From NCBI GenBank assembly GCA_041663045.1, contig JBAZRH010000002.1, positions 193,946-257,945 of the forward strand: a stretch of 64,000 nucleotides of DNA, in the 5' to 3' direction. Origin of the DNA: Minisyncoccota bacterium (GTDB lineage Bacteria; Patescibacteriota; Minisyncoccia; Phycocordibacterales; GWA1-40-21). This document shows positions 1 through 10,520 of the stretch, piece after piece; the stretch's first letter is position 1, and each line of letters begins with the position of its first letter. The notes under the pieces are model-generated. The model ran no database searches and was not told the DNA's origin. It was given only the letters and a program-made list of their open reading frames with translations. The position numbers were made by a program, and so were the translations under genes.

Positions 1-679
1 AATCAATCGAATCCAAAATAACACCATCTTTCTTAAGTTTGCCAGTAAAATCAACTATTGAGTCAAGATTTTTCTCCCACATATCAATAAAAGTATTCTG
101 GGAAAGAAGATGGTTGTGAATTCCAAGCTTGATTTTATTTTTTTTACGTAAAATATTAAGCTTATCAAAAATTGGCATCACCTCAGAAATATGAAAGCCT
201 AAAAAAGAATCTGAGCTATAAGGTAATTCAGCATTGGAAACTTTAACTCCAGTATTAATACGAACTAAAACTTCAAGAAAGGCACCAATGGCTATATCTT
301 CAAGCAAAATCTCAAGTTGCTGAATAGAATCTACACTAAAACGGCTAACACCAAATTGACGAATCTTTTTATATTGTTCCCTAGTTAAACTTGGTGATTG
401 AAAGATGATTTTATCCTTTTTATAACCTTTCTTGATTGCAACTTTTTCTAGTTCTTCGACTGAAGAAATTAATAAACTACAACCCTCAGCTAAAATCACT
501 TCTAAAATCCCATCCTCGGGATTAGTCTTATGAGAATAGGCGATCTCACCTATAAGTGAGAATTTAACTTCTTTGATCAAATCAATTAAACTGACTTTAT
601 CAACAACAAAACAAGGGGTCTGATTTTGCCATATGTCTTTATTTTTATTTAAGAAACTAATTACAGTATTTTTATCCAT
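1..679 (-). CDS. Fold-type III PLP-dependent decarboxylase (diaminopimelate/ornithine decarboxylase family), runs off the left edge
   Basis: Manual translation MDKNTVISFL...TPCFVVD...IAYSHKTNP...FQSP...FSVDS...GIHNHLLSQ resembles the TP/YAVKAN/VDS/HxHxGSQ motifs of the family; not in the ORF track. Confidence 0.75.
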   Translation of the reverse strand, partial: MDKNTVISFLNKNKDIWQNQTPCFVVDKVSLIDLIKEVKFSLIGEIAYSHKTNPEDGILEVILAEGCSLLISSVEELEKVAIKKGYKKDKIIFQSPSLTREQYKKIRQFGVSRFSVDSIQQLEILLEDIAIGAFLEVLVRINTGVKVSNAELPYSSDSFLGFHISEVMPIFDKLNILRKKNKIKLGIHNHLLSQNTFIDMWEKNLDSIVDFTGKLKKDGVILDSID

Positions 680-756
680 TTGTTAAGTATTCAAAACCCT
701 TTATAAAACGCCCTGATATTGTATCATATTACGCCGTAAAAGCAAGTAAAAATGGC

Positions 757-1668
757 CTAAATACCAATAAAATAGGTTCCTATAATAATCAGCCCGATGC
801 CAATGATCTTTTGTAGTATATTCTTCTTTGAAATAGATTCTTGGCTTATATTGGGGAAAAATATTGTAAGGGCAACTCCAATAACAAAGACAAAAAGTGG
901 TTGGAATGAGCTAACTAAAAGAACGAGAACTAATGGGGCCAGTAAAATTGCATATTGGGTAACAGATTCCGCAACGATAAATAGTGTTTCACTTAATGAA
1001 TTCAGACCAAGGACAGCTATCTTATTTTCTTTAATCATTTCCATAAATTGGAAACGATACGATTTTATAAATACAAAGAAAATCACCCCTAATATTATTT
1101 TACCTATTAATGACCAAAATGTGGATAACCAGAAACCATTATCCAGAGCAATCAATTTGAAGATAGCCCCATTGACGGCAAAAAGAATAGACGCCGTTAT
1201 CATAAGTAAGACTACTTCTTTTTTGAATCTTATCTTTTCTCCTCCTATTTCAAAAGATAGGATAGTTGCTCCAAAAATAATAACTAAAGAAGCTATTATT
1301 TGAATAGTTGATATTGTTTCTCCTAGAATGAAATAACCTAGGATAAAACCAAAAATTGGTATCGTTTGGTAAAAAGGCACAACGTAGGAGGCCTCATCTT
1401 TTTGCAGAGCATAGAAATAACAAAGGATAGCCAAGACAACAAGCATGCCATTTATAGCCAAAACTATTCCGTGAATAAGACTGACATTAAATACACTCGG
1501 ATGAAAAAATAGAACAATGGGTAAAGCAACAACACTAAATATAGAAGAAAAGATAATAAGTGAACCAACAGCCCCACCTTTTAAGTATTTTGTAATAAGA
1601 TACTTATCGGTGTGATTAGCTACTGCATTTAATATGGGGCCTATTAGTGCTATAAGAAACCAGTTCAT
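757..1668 (-). CDS. EamA/DMT family transporter
   Basis: About 10 hydrophobic segments in two EamA-like repeats (ASYVVPFYQTIPIF..ILGE). Confidence 0.85.
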   Translation of the reverse strand: MNWFLIALIGPILNAVANHTDKYLITKYLKGGAVGSLIIFSSIFSVVALPIVLFFHPSVFNVSLIHGIVLAINGMLVVLAILCYFYALQKDEASYVVPFYQTIPIFGFILGYFILGETISTIQIIASLVIIFGATILSFEIGGEKIRFKKEVVLLMITASILFAVNGAIFKLIALDNGFWLSTFWSLIGKIILGVIFFVFIKSYRFQFMEMIKENKIAVLGLNSLSETLFIVAESVTQYAILLAPLVLVLLVSSFQPLFVFVIGVALTIFFPNISQESISKKNILQKIIGIGLIIIGTYFIGI

Positions 1669-1680
1669 TATTTTTTAAAT

Positions 1681-2688
1681 TTAATCATTTTTATAAAAGT
1701 TTCTCTCCCAGGAATGTTTTTTTAGTTCTTTCATAAGAGATTTTGATAATTTTCTGCCATCCGAAACAGACATATTTGCTTCCACATTTTTTACTTTTCT
1801 CATACCAGGGATAACAGATGACACTTGATCAAATGATAATATATATCGTAGAGATAACTCGGCAAGTGTTTTTGCTTCATCCCCCATTATTTCCTTAAGT
1901 GAGTCTGTTCTTTTAATAAGATCACGTAACCTTTGCCAAGAAAAATAACCGTGGCGGAGGTCACCTTTTTCAAATACAGTATCTTTAGTAAAATTACCAG
2001 CTAAACCCCCCTCATCTAACGGGACTCTGGCAATCAGCCCAATATTATGTTTTTTAGCATAAGCAAAAAGTTCTTCGGTTGGCTTTTGATGAAAAATATT
2101 AAAAATAAACTGAACGCTTGAAATAAGTCCAGTGTCTAAAGTCTTTAAACAATTGCTAGGTTCATAATCATTAACAGATATACCCCAATGCTTTACTTTT
2201 CCTTCCTTTGTTAATTTCTTAATAGTATTTTTCCAGCCTTCCTCTTTGGCAAAATCATCTTGCCAGACATGAAATTGGACAAGGTCGAGTGTCTTAACCC
2301 CTAAGCTTTTTAGGGAATCATCTACACATTTTTCTATATGATCATTGGGAAAGACCTCAGAAATAGGTGCGCCTTTTTGGGCTGGCCATTTCATATTTTT
2401 GGGAGGTATTTTTGTGGCAATAATAACTTGATCACGCTTCCCTGATTCTCTAAGAAACTTACCTAACAATTCTTCAGATGGATGTTTGTCGGGAAATTCC
2501 TCTGAATATCCATATATCCAGGCAGTATCAATAAAATTACCACCAAGTTCTATAAATCTGTACAAACTTTTTAGACTTTCTTCGGGATTTGCACCAACCC
2601 AAAAATGTGGATCATTAGCAAGTTGCCATGTTCCACAACCGATCTCTGATACTTTTAAATTAGTTTTACCTAATGTTCTGTATTTCAT
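1681..2688 (-). CDS. Aldo/keto reductase
   Basis: LGKTNLKVSEIGCGTW, FIDTAWIYG, IATK, VIPG motifs. Confidence 0.92.
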   Translation of the reverse strand: MKYRTLGKTNLKVSEIGCGTWQLANDPHFWVGANPEESLKSLYRFIELGGNFIDTAWIYGYSEEFPDKHPSEELLGKFLRESGKRDQVIIATKIPPKNMKWPAQKGAPISEVFPNDHIEKCVDDSLKSLGVKTLDLVQFHVWQDDFAKEEGWKNTIKKLTKEGKVKHWGISVNDYEPSNCLKTLDTGLISSVQFIFNIFHQKPTEELFAYAKKHNIGLIARVPLDEGGLAGNFTKDTVFEKGDLRHGYFSWQRLRDLIKRTDSLKEIMGDEAKTLAELSLRYILSFDQVSSVIPGMRKVKNVEANMSVSDGRKLSKSLMKELKKHSWERNFYKND

Positions 2689-2765
2689 GATTATTTAAAG
2701 TAATTATAAAGATATTTTAGATTTTTTATTTATAGGAGAAATATAGCTTAAATAATATTAGAAAA

Positions 2766-3545
2766 CTATATCTCTTTTATTTTTTTAGAAACACCCTCTG
2801 CAAATTTTAAATTCGCCTCCCTTGCTTCCTTAAGTGCATTTGGATAAGTCGGTACATTTTTAATGTCCTTAATATCAAAATTATTAGCAACTATTAAAGG
2901 ATGACGAAACCCAAAAAATTTAGTAGAAAAGGGTTGCATCACAATTACTCTTCTCTTTAATAATGTCGCCCAATAAGCCCCATGATAACTATTAGTAATA
3001 ACTAATTCAGCACTTCCAAGAAAACTTATTATCTCTTCAAAAGAATCGCCATTCTTCATTTTAGGAAAGTCCATGTCCAAATTCCTCATTGGAAAATTTT
3101 TGTGTTCATAGATCACAACCTTATTTTTGATTTCGAATTCTTTATCAAATATGCTGTGCATACAACTTGGGCAAGGAACCCACTCGAGATAATTTGTGCT
3201 ATCTCTTACCCCAAGCAAATCGAACTCATTAGAATTTTTATATTCGTCGTATAATATATCACATCCGCCATGAACATTATGACCAAGTGCCCACCCTATA
3301 AGTAATTTGGTCTTAGCTCCAAGTAGTGCTTTCATATAATCTTTGAAATAATCCTGGGCGATAAAACCACCTCCGCCAAATATAATAATCTTACCTTCAA
3401 TTTCTTTGACAAATTTGTCTATAGGCAACTCAGTAATATCTAAAGTTTTAACATCTTTCAAAAAATCAAAGTATTTTGTAGGTGTGCCAAATTTATCACC
3501 TGTATTAGATGTGTTTTTACGATAGATGTTTACTATTTTTTCCAT
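2766..3545 (-). CDS. Polysaccharide pyruvyl-transferase-like protein
   Basis: NTGD, IIFGGGG, GVRD, TNSYHGAYWATLL motifs; start placed at MEKIV. Confidence 0.7.
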   Translation of the reverse strand: MEKIVNIYRKNTSNTGDKFGTPTKYFDFLKDVKTLDITELPIDKFVKEIEGKIIIFGGGGFIAQDYFKDYMKALLGAKTKLLIGWALGHNVHGGCDILYDEYKNSNEFDLLGVRDSTNYLEWVPCPSCMHSIFDKEFEIKNKVVIYEHKNFPMRNLDMDFPKMKNGDSFEEIISFLGSAELVITNSYHGAYWATLLKRRVIVMQPFSTKFFGFRHPLIVANNFDIKDIKNVPTYPNALKEAREANLKFAEGVSKKIKEI

Positions 3546-3624
3546 GTATGTATAATAGTAGATAAGTACTCGAAAAACAAGTACGGGCGAGAAAATACAT
3601 TTATTAAATTTAATATAATTTTTT

Positions 3625-4161
3625 ATGGACACAAAACAAACACAGGCAGATAATAATAAAATTGAATTAGCAAAAAAATATGCTTCAGAAAAATTTGCAG
3701 AAACTGGGAAAAAGAATCATTATCTTGATGTTTTTGCAATACTACAAAACGAATTTAATGTGCCTGAACAAGATGTTTTGATTGCGGGACTCCTTCATGA
3801 CACTCTGGAGGACACTTCGGCCACATATAAAGAAATAGAAGAAACTTTTTCAAAACAGATTGCAGATTTAGTACAAGAAGTATCTCATCCAAAGAATTAT
3901 ACTCAGGAACAGAAAATAAAATACTATGAAGATATAAAGAAAATATCAGATGGGGCCAAACTAATCAAAATGGCCGATTTTACATCACACCTCAGAAATT
4001 TTGCTAAGGTATATGAAAGAGGAGAACAGCATCTCCATCCTAAATTCGTTAATAATGATAAATATATTGCAAGCATACGAGATTTTTTGGCTAGTTGTAA
4101 GGAATCAACCGGAAAAAATGTGGTTTATGATTTAACGAACAAACTGGAGGCTTTACTATAG
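3625..4161 (+). CDS. HD-domain hydrolase, Mesh1/small alarmone hydrolase-like
   Basis: H...AGLLHDTLEDT...AKLIKMAD pattern of RelA/SpoT HD domains. Confidence 0.75.
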   Translation: MDTKQTQADNNKIELAKKYASEKFAETGKKNHYLDVFAILQNEFNVPEQDVLIAGLLHDTLEDTSATYKEIEETFSKQIADLVQEVSHPKNYTQEQKIKYYEDIKKISDGAKLIKMADFTSHLRNFAKVYERGEQHLHPKFVNNDKYIASIRDFLASCKESTGKNVVYDLTNKLEALL

Positions 4162-4248
4162 ACGAAGGGGGTATTTTTAAACTGGCTCATCTTGATTTGA
4201 CACAATACCATTTTTAGTATATACTGTAACTAGAAAGGAGGAAAGCTC

Positions 4249-4800
4249 ATGAGAAATGAAAAGGTACCGAAGTTCATTGTTTTGGAAGGTATTTCTGGAA
4301 GTGGTAAAACGGAGCTTGGTGTAAAATTGTCTCAGCAGATTTCTGCTCAATATTACACTACTCCCCCGGCTCTGTATCGTAAGATCAGAGAGGAAGTTGA
4401 TAAGACTTTGTGTCTAGAATCAAGATTTTTGTTTTATCTCTCGTCTGTTGTGCAGGCGTCGTGGGAGATCAGCAAGATTCTTGAAACACAAAGTGTCGTG
4501 TGCGACAAATACATTTGGTCCACCATCTGTTATCACACAGTGTATGGACTTGATGTAAAAATACCACCATCAACAACCTACCGCCAACCGGATTACACCT
4601 TCCTAGTTGTCTGTGAGGAAGAAAAAAGACTCGAGCGTCTGAGCCATCGTGGAGTTGTCAAAGACAAAGAGAAGTATGATCTGAGACAAGAAATGGAACG
4701 GAGATGCTTAGTCGAGTTTCGAAAGCATATACAACTGGAAATCGACAACAGGATTGATGGCTCACAAAATGCTATCGATCAAATTCTCGCAGTTATCTAA
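4249..4800 (+). CDS. Thymidylate kinase-like P-loop kinase
   Basis: FIVLEGISGSGKT, VVCDKYIWSTICYH, PDYTF; upstream TTGACA/TATACT promoter and AGGAGG SD. Confidence 0.8.
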   Translation: MRNEKVPKFIVLEGISGSGKTELGVKLSQQISAQYYTTPPALYRKIREEVDKTLCLESRFLFYLSSVVQASWEISKILETQSVVCDKYIWSTICYHTVYGLDVKIPPSTTYRQPDYTFLVVCEEEKRLERLSHRGVVKDKEKYDLRQEMERRCLVEFRKHIQLEIDNRIDGSQNAIDQILAVI

Positions 4801-4816
4801 GAGAGGCAGACAAGTT

Positions 4817-5737
4817 CTACCTCTCTTTTTTCTTTATATATATAAAGGCGTATTTATAACCGAATAATCTAATAAATCTACAGAAAGCCTCAAAAAAATT
4901 CAGTTTGGTAATGGCTTGAGTCAATTCTTTAAAAAAATAAATCGTAAGATAAACCTCTTTTTTATCATAAAAATTCTCTAAACCTCTTTTTTTTACCATA
5001 ATATAATCAGATATCCCTTGCCAAAATAATCTGCGAGTCATAAATATTCTTGTTAGTCTCTTCTCTTTAATTTTCGACCAGACCTCTGCTTGTGGCTCAT
5101 ACCAAACCATACTTTGCGGAATTCTAATCAAAAATTCTGTGTCACCATTAGACAATAGATTACCACCCTTTCTATCTAAGTCTGGATCAAACATACCAAA
5201 TCTTTTAAATGTCTCTCTTTTAAATGACATATTTGCACCTATTATAAAATAAGGTGCATAAAGATGTCCTGCTTGTCTGGGGAAATTAGGAGGTAAAAGG
5301 AATCGAAGAAAGTAATTTGAAAACCAAACAGGCCATTTTTTTGTCTCTTTATCTTTAACAAAAACTGGACCGCCAACACAAAGTATATCCTGTTCACTAT
5401 AACCACACACAATGTTTTTAGCCCAATGTTCAGACACAATGACATCATCGTCTAGGAACGAAATTATATCTGCCACCGCTTCAGTAATTCCCGTATTCCT
5501 GGCATAATTCAAACCAACCCTTTTTTCTTCTATTATTTTGACCTTATTATAGTTTCTAAGTTTTAAAGTGCCTGAATCCACAGAAAGAGAATTTCCATTA
5601 TCTACTATAATGATTTCCCTAATATATTTTATGTTAGAAGTCGTTGATAAAGAACACACTAAATCTACGAGATCGGTTAATCTTTCTTCATGCTTATATG
5701 TAGGAATGATTACAGTTATTAAATTTTCTTGTTGCAT
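4817..5737 (-). CDS. Glycosyltransferase family 2
   Basis: VIIPTY, IIIVDNG, ARNTG, FLDDD, GANMSF. Confidence 0.9.
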   Translation of the reverse strand: MQQENLITVIIPTYKHEERLTDLVDLVCSLSTTSNIKYIREIIIVDNGNSLSVDSGTLKLRNYNKVKIIEEKRVGLNYARNTGITEAVADIISFLDDDVIVSEHWAKNIVCGYSEQDILCVGGPVFVKDKETKKWPVWFSNYFLRFLLPPNFPRQAGHLYAPYFIIGANMSFKRETFKRFGMFDPDLDRKGGNLLSNGDTEFLIRIPQSMVWYEPQAEVWSKIKEKRLTRIFMTRRLFWQGISDYIMVKKRGLENFYDKKEVYLTIYFFKELTQAITKLNFFEAFCRFIRLFGYKYAFIYIKKKER

Positions 5738-7572
5738 ATTATTTCCTTAATTTTCATCTTTACTTCCCTCATCTTTAAATCGGTAGTATCAATATAAGAA
5801 ATTTTTATAGGTAAAAACTTTTTAAGTTCATTTTTATAAAATTCCTTAAAATAACCTAAAAATGTTGGATCAAACCAGTTCTTATATTTAATATTTTTAG
5901 AGTAAATTTCTCTTCTTTTCAGACTCTCTTCAATCGAAACATCTAAATATATCAGATGGGTCGGAAAAGTAATTGTATGTTTTACTTTTTCATAAACTTC
6001 GAGCAATGATTTGTATTCATTTGGAGTATTATTTACTTTTGATCTTGCATAGCAATAAGCCAATGTTGTAATAAAAGTCCTATCCAAAATAACTTCCGAA
6101 TATTTTCTATCAATATTATTAATAAAATCGGTTTTATTCTTTTCTATAATTAAAAATTGTCTTGATGTTTCAAGATTATCCTTATTCAATATCTTCTCAT
6201 CTTCTATTTGGAGTTGGGGGATGAATAATTTTTTTTCATCGCTTACATAATTCTTTATGAAAGTCGTCTTTCCCGCACCGGGCATCCCCTCTAGAGCTAT
6301 TATTTTTTCTAAATTATACGTCTCAACTGTATTTCGATTCAAGATAGAGAAAGAAAAATCTTTTGGTAATTCATCTGAAGATATCTCTTTAAAACGACGC
6401 TTTTCAATAGCTTCTTGAAGCCAAACAGGCTCTTTATTTGCCATCGCCTCATTATCTTTACTTGGCCTTTTGACATTAGGAGTATTTAAAACTTTTTCGT
6501 ATGTCCTAATTGTTTGTTTAGCAATTATATTCCAATCATAGTATTTTTTTATTGCAGAATATCCCTTTTTAGATATACGAGTAAGTTTCTTTTTGTCCTT
6601 TAATAGATCAATTATCTTTGTCGTATACTTAGAATAGTCATCCTCGATCAAAAAATAATCTTTTCTATTAAACCCAGCGGTAGCTATACTAGTTGTTAAG
6701 ATTGGAATACCCGCGGCTAAATAATTCAGTAGCTTTATTCGCATGCCCGTTCCTTCATTAATAGGAGCTAGAGCAAAAGTAGCATCTTTAAAGAGTTGAT
6801 TTAAATCAGGGATGGTCCCTATAAAAGAAAAACTGGGTGCAGTACATTCTTTTTTAAGATTTGGAGGGCAATCACCGGCGATTGTAAATCTAAATCCATG
6901 CTTTTGTAGCTCTGGATATATTTGATTCCTTATCACACGCACAGCATCTTCATTTGGTTTAAAATATAAATTACCGAGGAAAACTATATTTTTCGCAGTG
7001 AAATTTGGTTTATTATACTTTAACTCCTTACAATCAACACCGCTCGGAATCACAGATATCAATTCTGGTCTAATTTTCATATACTCCATAAGAGATGGTT
7101 TATCTTGGTCACTTAAACAGATTAGATGATCTATGGATCTACCGACTTCTTTCTCAATATTCTTAATCTCATTTAGCCTAGACATGTTCGCACCAAGTTT
7201 TTTGGCAAGATTTCTTATTACATAATGCATCTCGCTGATTAATTTTGTTCCAGTTAATTGTGCTAAACGTACACCTTGAAGTAAAATTGGTTCCAAATTA
7301 TCAAATTGAATGATGTCGATAGACTCTTTTCTAAGAATGGAAGCGATCAATTCCAAATTATTATAATAGTTTTTTATTGGGAAAATGTAAGTCTTGAAAG
7401 GTTCTTTTTTTATTAAAGATATATCAGACCACTTTCGATACCCATGAAAAATAACAACATTTACATCGTTTAACGCTAAATGTCGTGATAAATAATGAAA
7501 GCGATTTGAAGCACCATCATAAGAAGGAATAAAATCCCCGTCTACAAATATTGCAATATTAATTTTTTTCAT
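5719..7572 (-). CDS. GT4 glycosyltransferase fused to a C-terminal deoxynucleoside/dTMP kinase-like domain
   Basis: N-terminal GT-B (VIPSGVD, FLGNL, GTGMRIKLLNYLAAGIP); C-terminal IIALEGMPGAGKTT, ILDRT, PTHLIYLDVS. Confidence 0.8.
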   Translation of the reverse strand: MKKINIAIFVDGDFIPSYDGASNRFHYLSRHLALNDVNVVIFHGYRKWSDISLIKKEPFKTYIFPIKNYYNNLELIASILRKESIDIIQFDNLEPILLQGVRLAQLTGTKLISEMHYVIRNLAKKLGANMSRLNEIKNIEKEVGRSIDHLICLSDQDKPSLMEYMKIRPELISVIPSGVDCKELKYNKPNFTAKNIVFLGNLYFKPNEDAVRVIRNQIYPELQKHGFRFTIAGDCPPNLKKECTAPSFSFIGTIPDLNQLFKDATFALAPINEGTGMRIKLLNYLAAGIPILTTSIATAGFNRKDYFLIEDDYSKYTTKIIDLLKDKKKLTRISKKGYSAIKKYYDWNIIAKQTIRTYEKVLNTPNVKRPSKDNEAMANKEPVWLQEAIEKRRFKEISSDELPKDFSFSILNRNTVETYNLEKIIALEGMPGAGKTTFIKNYVSDEKKLFIPQLQIEDEKILNKDNLETSRQFLIIEKNKTDFINNIDRKYSEVILDRTFITTLAYCYARSKVNNTPNEYKSLLEVYEKVKHTITFPTHLIYLDVSIEESLKRREIYSKNIKYKNWFDPTFLGYFKEFYKNELKKFLPIKISYIDTTDLKMREVKMKIKEIICNKKI

Positions 7573-8587
7573 GATAAATTTGATTAACTTTTTCTAAAAC
7601 CTCCTCAATATTTATATCATCTTTTTCAAATAAGATAGAATCGCATTTCTTTTTACCATTCATGCACATACCAAAAAATGGGTAAAAATTCTTGCAAGAA
7701 AGCATGTGTTTGCTACTTACATAATTAAATTTATTTGAAGATCCTCCCCACATCAATGGAGATGTAGTTACATAAATTCCGAGCGATTTTATACCCATGG
7801 AATCACAGAGATGTATTAATCCAGAATCCACAGAGATTAATAAAAATATGTCTCGTAGTGATTCTTCCAATTCATATAGGTTCGTTGGTTTTAATATTTT
7901 TATTTTATTTTTGGTAAAGCTTGGTAAATCCGATATAACTTTATTAGTATATAATTTTTCATTTTCACTAAACCCCTCATATATTTCTACCTTCCTATCA
8001 GATAAAACAAGAGAAGAAATAAGTTTTGCCCATTTTGTAACTTCCCATAATTTAAAAACGCCACCGGAATGCATATTAATCAAGATACTTTCTGGATCAT
8101 TAATTATAGGAAAAAATAACTCAAAGATAGAAGTATCATAAATGAGTTTTTGATTTGTTCCCTTTTGAAGGATTTTTAAAATTATATCTCTAATATTAGT
8201 ATTAGTTTTTTCATCGGCGGTCAATGTTTCGTCATCATAAAAGTTAATCTCACTATTTTGAGTAACAAACCAATCTTTAAAATCATAATAACCTTTCTCG
8301 AAACGACGACCGACAGTACGTAAATTCATAACGACTTTAATATCGTTTTGCTCAAGAAACACACTAATTTCTTTCCAATAATTCCTAGGAAACTTTCTAA
8401 AATTATTGTCTATAATTTTGAAATTGGATGGGGCCTGTATATTTCCTTGGGTAAGATTGCCAGAAAAAAAAAGATTCGTAGTATAAAAAAACAATGATTC
8501 TGGCATTTTCTCTCCAATTTCTTTAAAAATTGGATAATATATCACTCCGTCGCCTAAACCATCAAAAGTTGTAATCAAGTAATTCAT
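7559..8587 (-). CDS. GT9 (heptosyltransferase-like) glycosyltransferase
   Basis: GLGDGV, KLW...W, ISVDSGLIHL motifs; start placed at MNYLIT. Confidence 0.75.
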   Translation of the reverse strand: MNYLITTFDGLGDGVIYYPIFKEIGEKMPESLFFYTTNLFFSGNLTQGNIQAPSNFKIIDNNFRKFPRNYWKEISVFLEQNDIKVVMNLRTVGRRFEKGYYDFKDWFVTQNSEINFYDDETLTADEKTNTNIRDIILKILQKGTNQKLIYDTSIFELFFPIINDPESILINMHSGGVFKLWEVTKWAKLISSLVLSDRKVEIYEGFSENEKLYTNKVISDLPSFTKNKIKILKPTNLYELEESLRDIFLLISVDSGLIHLCDSMGIKSLGIYVTTSPLMWGGSSNKFNYVSSKHMLSCKNFYPFFGMCMNGKKKCDSILFEKDDINIEEVLEKVNQIYHEKN

Positions 8588-8660
8588 AAGGGTGTCATTA
8601 TTATTGACATTAACTAATATATCATGTAGCATACTTAATTGCAATTAATGTATATTTCAT

Positions 8661-9419
8661 ATGCCTAAATTAAAAAAAGAGACTGTTCTAACAGACAAAG
8701 AAAGTAGAAAATATCGAGGTGTAGTTTTTGATTTTCACTTTACGATTGCCCATTTTTATCCATCAAGGGAAAAAGTGTATGAAAAAATTTTTAATAAATA
8801 CGGGTTTACTAATTCACCAAAAGATATTGCCAGAGCTTTTTCTAGGGCATGGTTAAAATATACAGACAAAGAACTTATCGAGGCTTTCAGCCAGCAAATT
8901 GATATACCCTCTATGGAAAATTGGTGGCTTGAATTTCATTCTGGAGTTTTTATGACATTGGGAATAGAAGATAAGAAAATATTGGAATTGATAAATAAGG
9001 ATATTTCTGACCTTGTGTATAAAGATTCTTCTATCTATCGTTTATATCCGGATGTCTTAGAAACGCTCTCTTTCCTAAAGAAAAAAAAGGTTAAGATTGG
9101 AATGATAACTAATGCTCACGGTACAATCCGAGAAATTATTAATGAATTGGGCATAACAGAATATTTTGATTATATAACGATCTCTTGTGAAGTCGGGCTT
9201 AGCAAACCTGATCCTAAAATCTTTGAATATACATTTGAAAAAATGGGATTGCATAATAAAGATGTGTTATTTGTAGGAGACAGTTATCATACTGATGTTG
9301 TTGGCTCTGAAATCGCTGGATGTGCCATCGCCATCATTGATAGAAAAGATAAGGATGGGAAGAAACTGAATAAATACCTACACCTTAATAATTTAACTCA
9401 GATTAAAAATCTGATCTAA
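8661..9419 (+). CDS. HAD-superfamily hydrolase
   Basis: VVFDFHFT, ITN, KPDPKIF, VGDS...DV. Confidence 0.85.
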   Translation: MPKLKKETVLTDKESRKYRGVVFDFHFTIAHFYPSREKVYEKIFNKYGFTNSPKDIARAFSRAWLKYTDKELIEAFSQQIDIPSMENWWLEFHSGVFMTLGIEDKKILELINKDISDLVYKDSSIYRLYPDVLETLSFLKKKKVKIGMITNAHGTIREIINELGITEYFDYITISCEVGLSKPDPKIFEYTFEKMGLHNKDVLFVGDSYHTDVVGSEIAGCAIAIIDRKDKDGKKLNKYLHLNNLTQIKNLI

Positions 9420-9455
9420 TTGGGGATCTACCGCCTTTTTTAGATCTCAAACTTT

Positions 9456-9986
9456 TTATTTTCCTGCTTCTTTTTTGGCTAAAATTAAAACTCCATTAAC
9501 AAACTCACTCTTCCCACTAATGTACGAATCTTTTCCTGTTGGATTATTCTTTAATAACTTTTTCTTTAATTTTTGGTATTCATCTCTCAAATCAGAATGT
9601 TTTCTCAAGTAATCTCTAAATAATATCTGTCTTTCCCAAAAGCCTCCTTTGTCAGTATAGGCAATAGAAAGATGAAATTCTGTAGGATTACCTTTCCTAA
9701 ACAAGTGCCTTTCCGCACTGGAATTTAGCTTATCATAGGAATATCTGAATCCCTCAAGTGGTTTGATAAAAGCATCAGCATCTTTTTGATTCTCTATCAT
9801 TACTGCAATATCAATAATTGGTTTTGAAGCTAACCCTTCAATAGATGTACTGCCAATATGTTCAATAGCGATTACTTTATCACCAAATATTTCTTTCAAT
9901 TTACTTTTTTCTGTCTCAAATCTGTCTTTCCAAGATGATTGATAAGATATTAAGATTGCATGTGATGAATCGTTCATAAAATACAT
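9456..9986 (-). CDS. GrpB-family nucleotidyltransferase-like protein
   Basis: IEHIGSTSIEGLASKPIIDI, FRDYLR, YISGKSEFV. Confidence 0.88.
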   Translation of the reverse strand: MYFMNDSSHAILISYQSSWKDRFETEKSKLKEIFGDKVIAIEHIGSTSIEGLASKPIIDIAVMIENQKDADAFIKPLEGFRYSYDKLNSSAERHLFRKGNPTEFHLSIAYTDKGGFWERQILFRDYLRKHSDLRDEYQKLKKKLLKNNPTGKDSYISGKSEFVNGVLILAKKEAGK

Positions 9987-10436
9987 TTAAAGATCAGTAA
10001 AAATTTCTTTTATTTTTTCCTGAGTATCTTTTAATTGCCCATCAAAAAACAGATAATCCTTCAATTGCTCAAAAGGTATCCACTTATAAAATCTAACCTC
10101 TCCTTTTTTTGGTTGTATTTCATTATTAGTTCCAATAAATCTAAATCCAAAAAAATACCGTACTGACCCTTCATATTCAATCCCATCGCGATTCAACTTA
10201 ATTACTTTGAATTTGAACCTGACGGGGATATTGCTTTGGCCTACAATCTTAAGATGTTCTTCTTTAATTCCCAACTCTTCATTTAACTCTCGGTACACCG
10301 CATCCTTTAGTGTTTCGCCCTGCTCAACCCCTCCACCAGGAATTGCAAAATACTTGTCTTCAAAAGACTCTAAATTGACTAAAAGAAACTCGTTCTTTTT
10401 ATTGATGATAATTGCTGAAACTCCTTTTCTAAACAT
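9987..10436 (-). CDS. NUDIX hydrolase (RppH-like)
   Basis: Nudix box GGVEQGETLKDAVYRELNEELG. Confidence 0.88.
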   Translation of the reverse strand: MFRKGVSAIIINKKNEFLLVNLESFEDKYFAIPGGGVEQGETLKDAVYRELNEELGIKEEHLKIVGQSNIPVRFKFKVIKLNRDGIEYEGSVRYFFGFRFIGTNNEIQPKKGEVRFYKWIPFEQLKDYLFFDGQLKDTQEKIKEIFTDL

Positions 10437-10520
10437 GGATTAATTAAAAATTATTTATAAATCATAAAGGTTGCTTTTCCTCATACCATCTGGTATGTAT
10501 CTAAAGAAGATGATAACACA

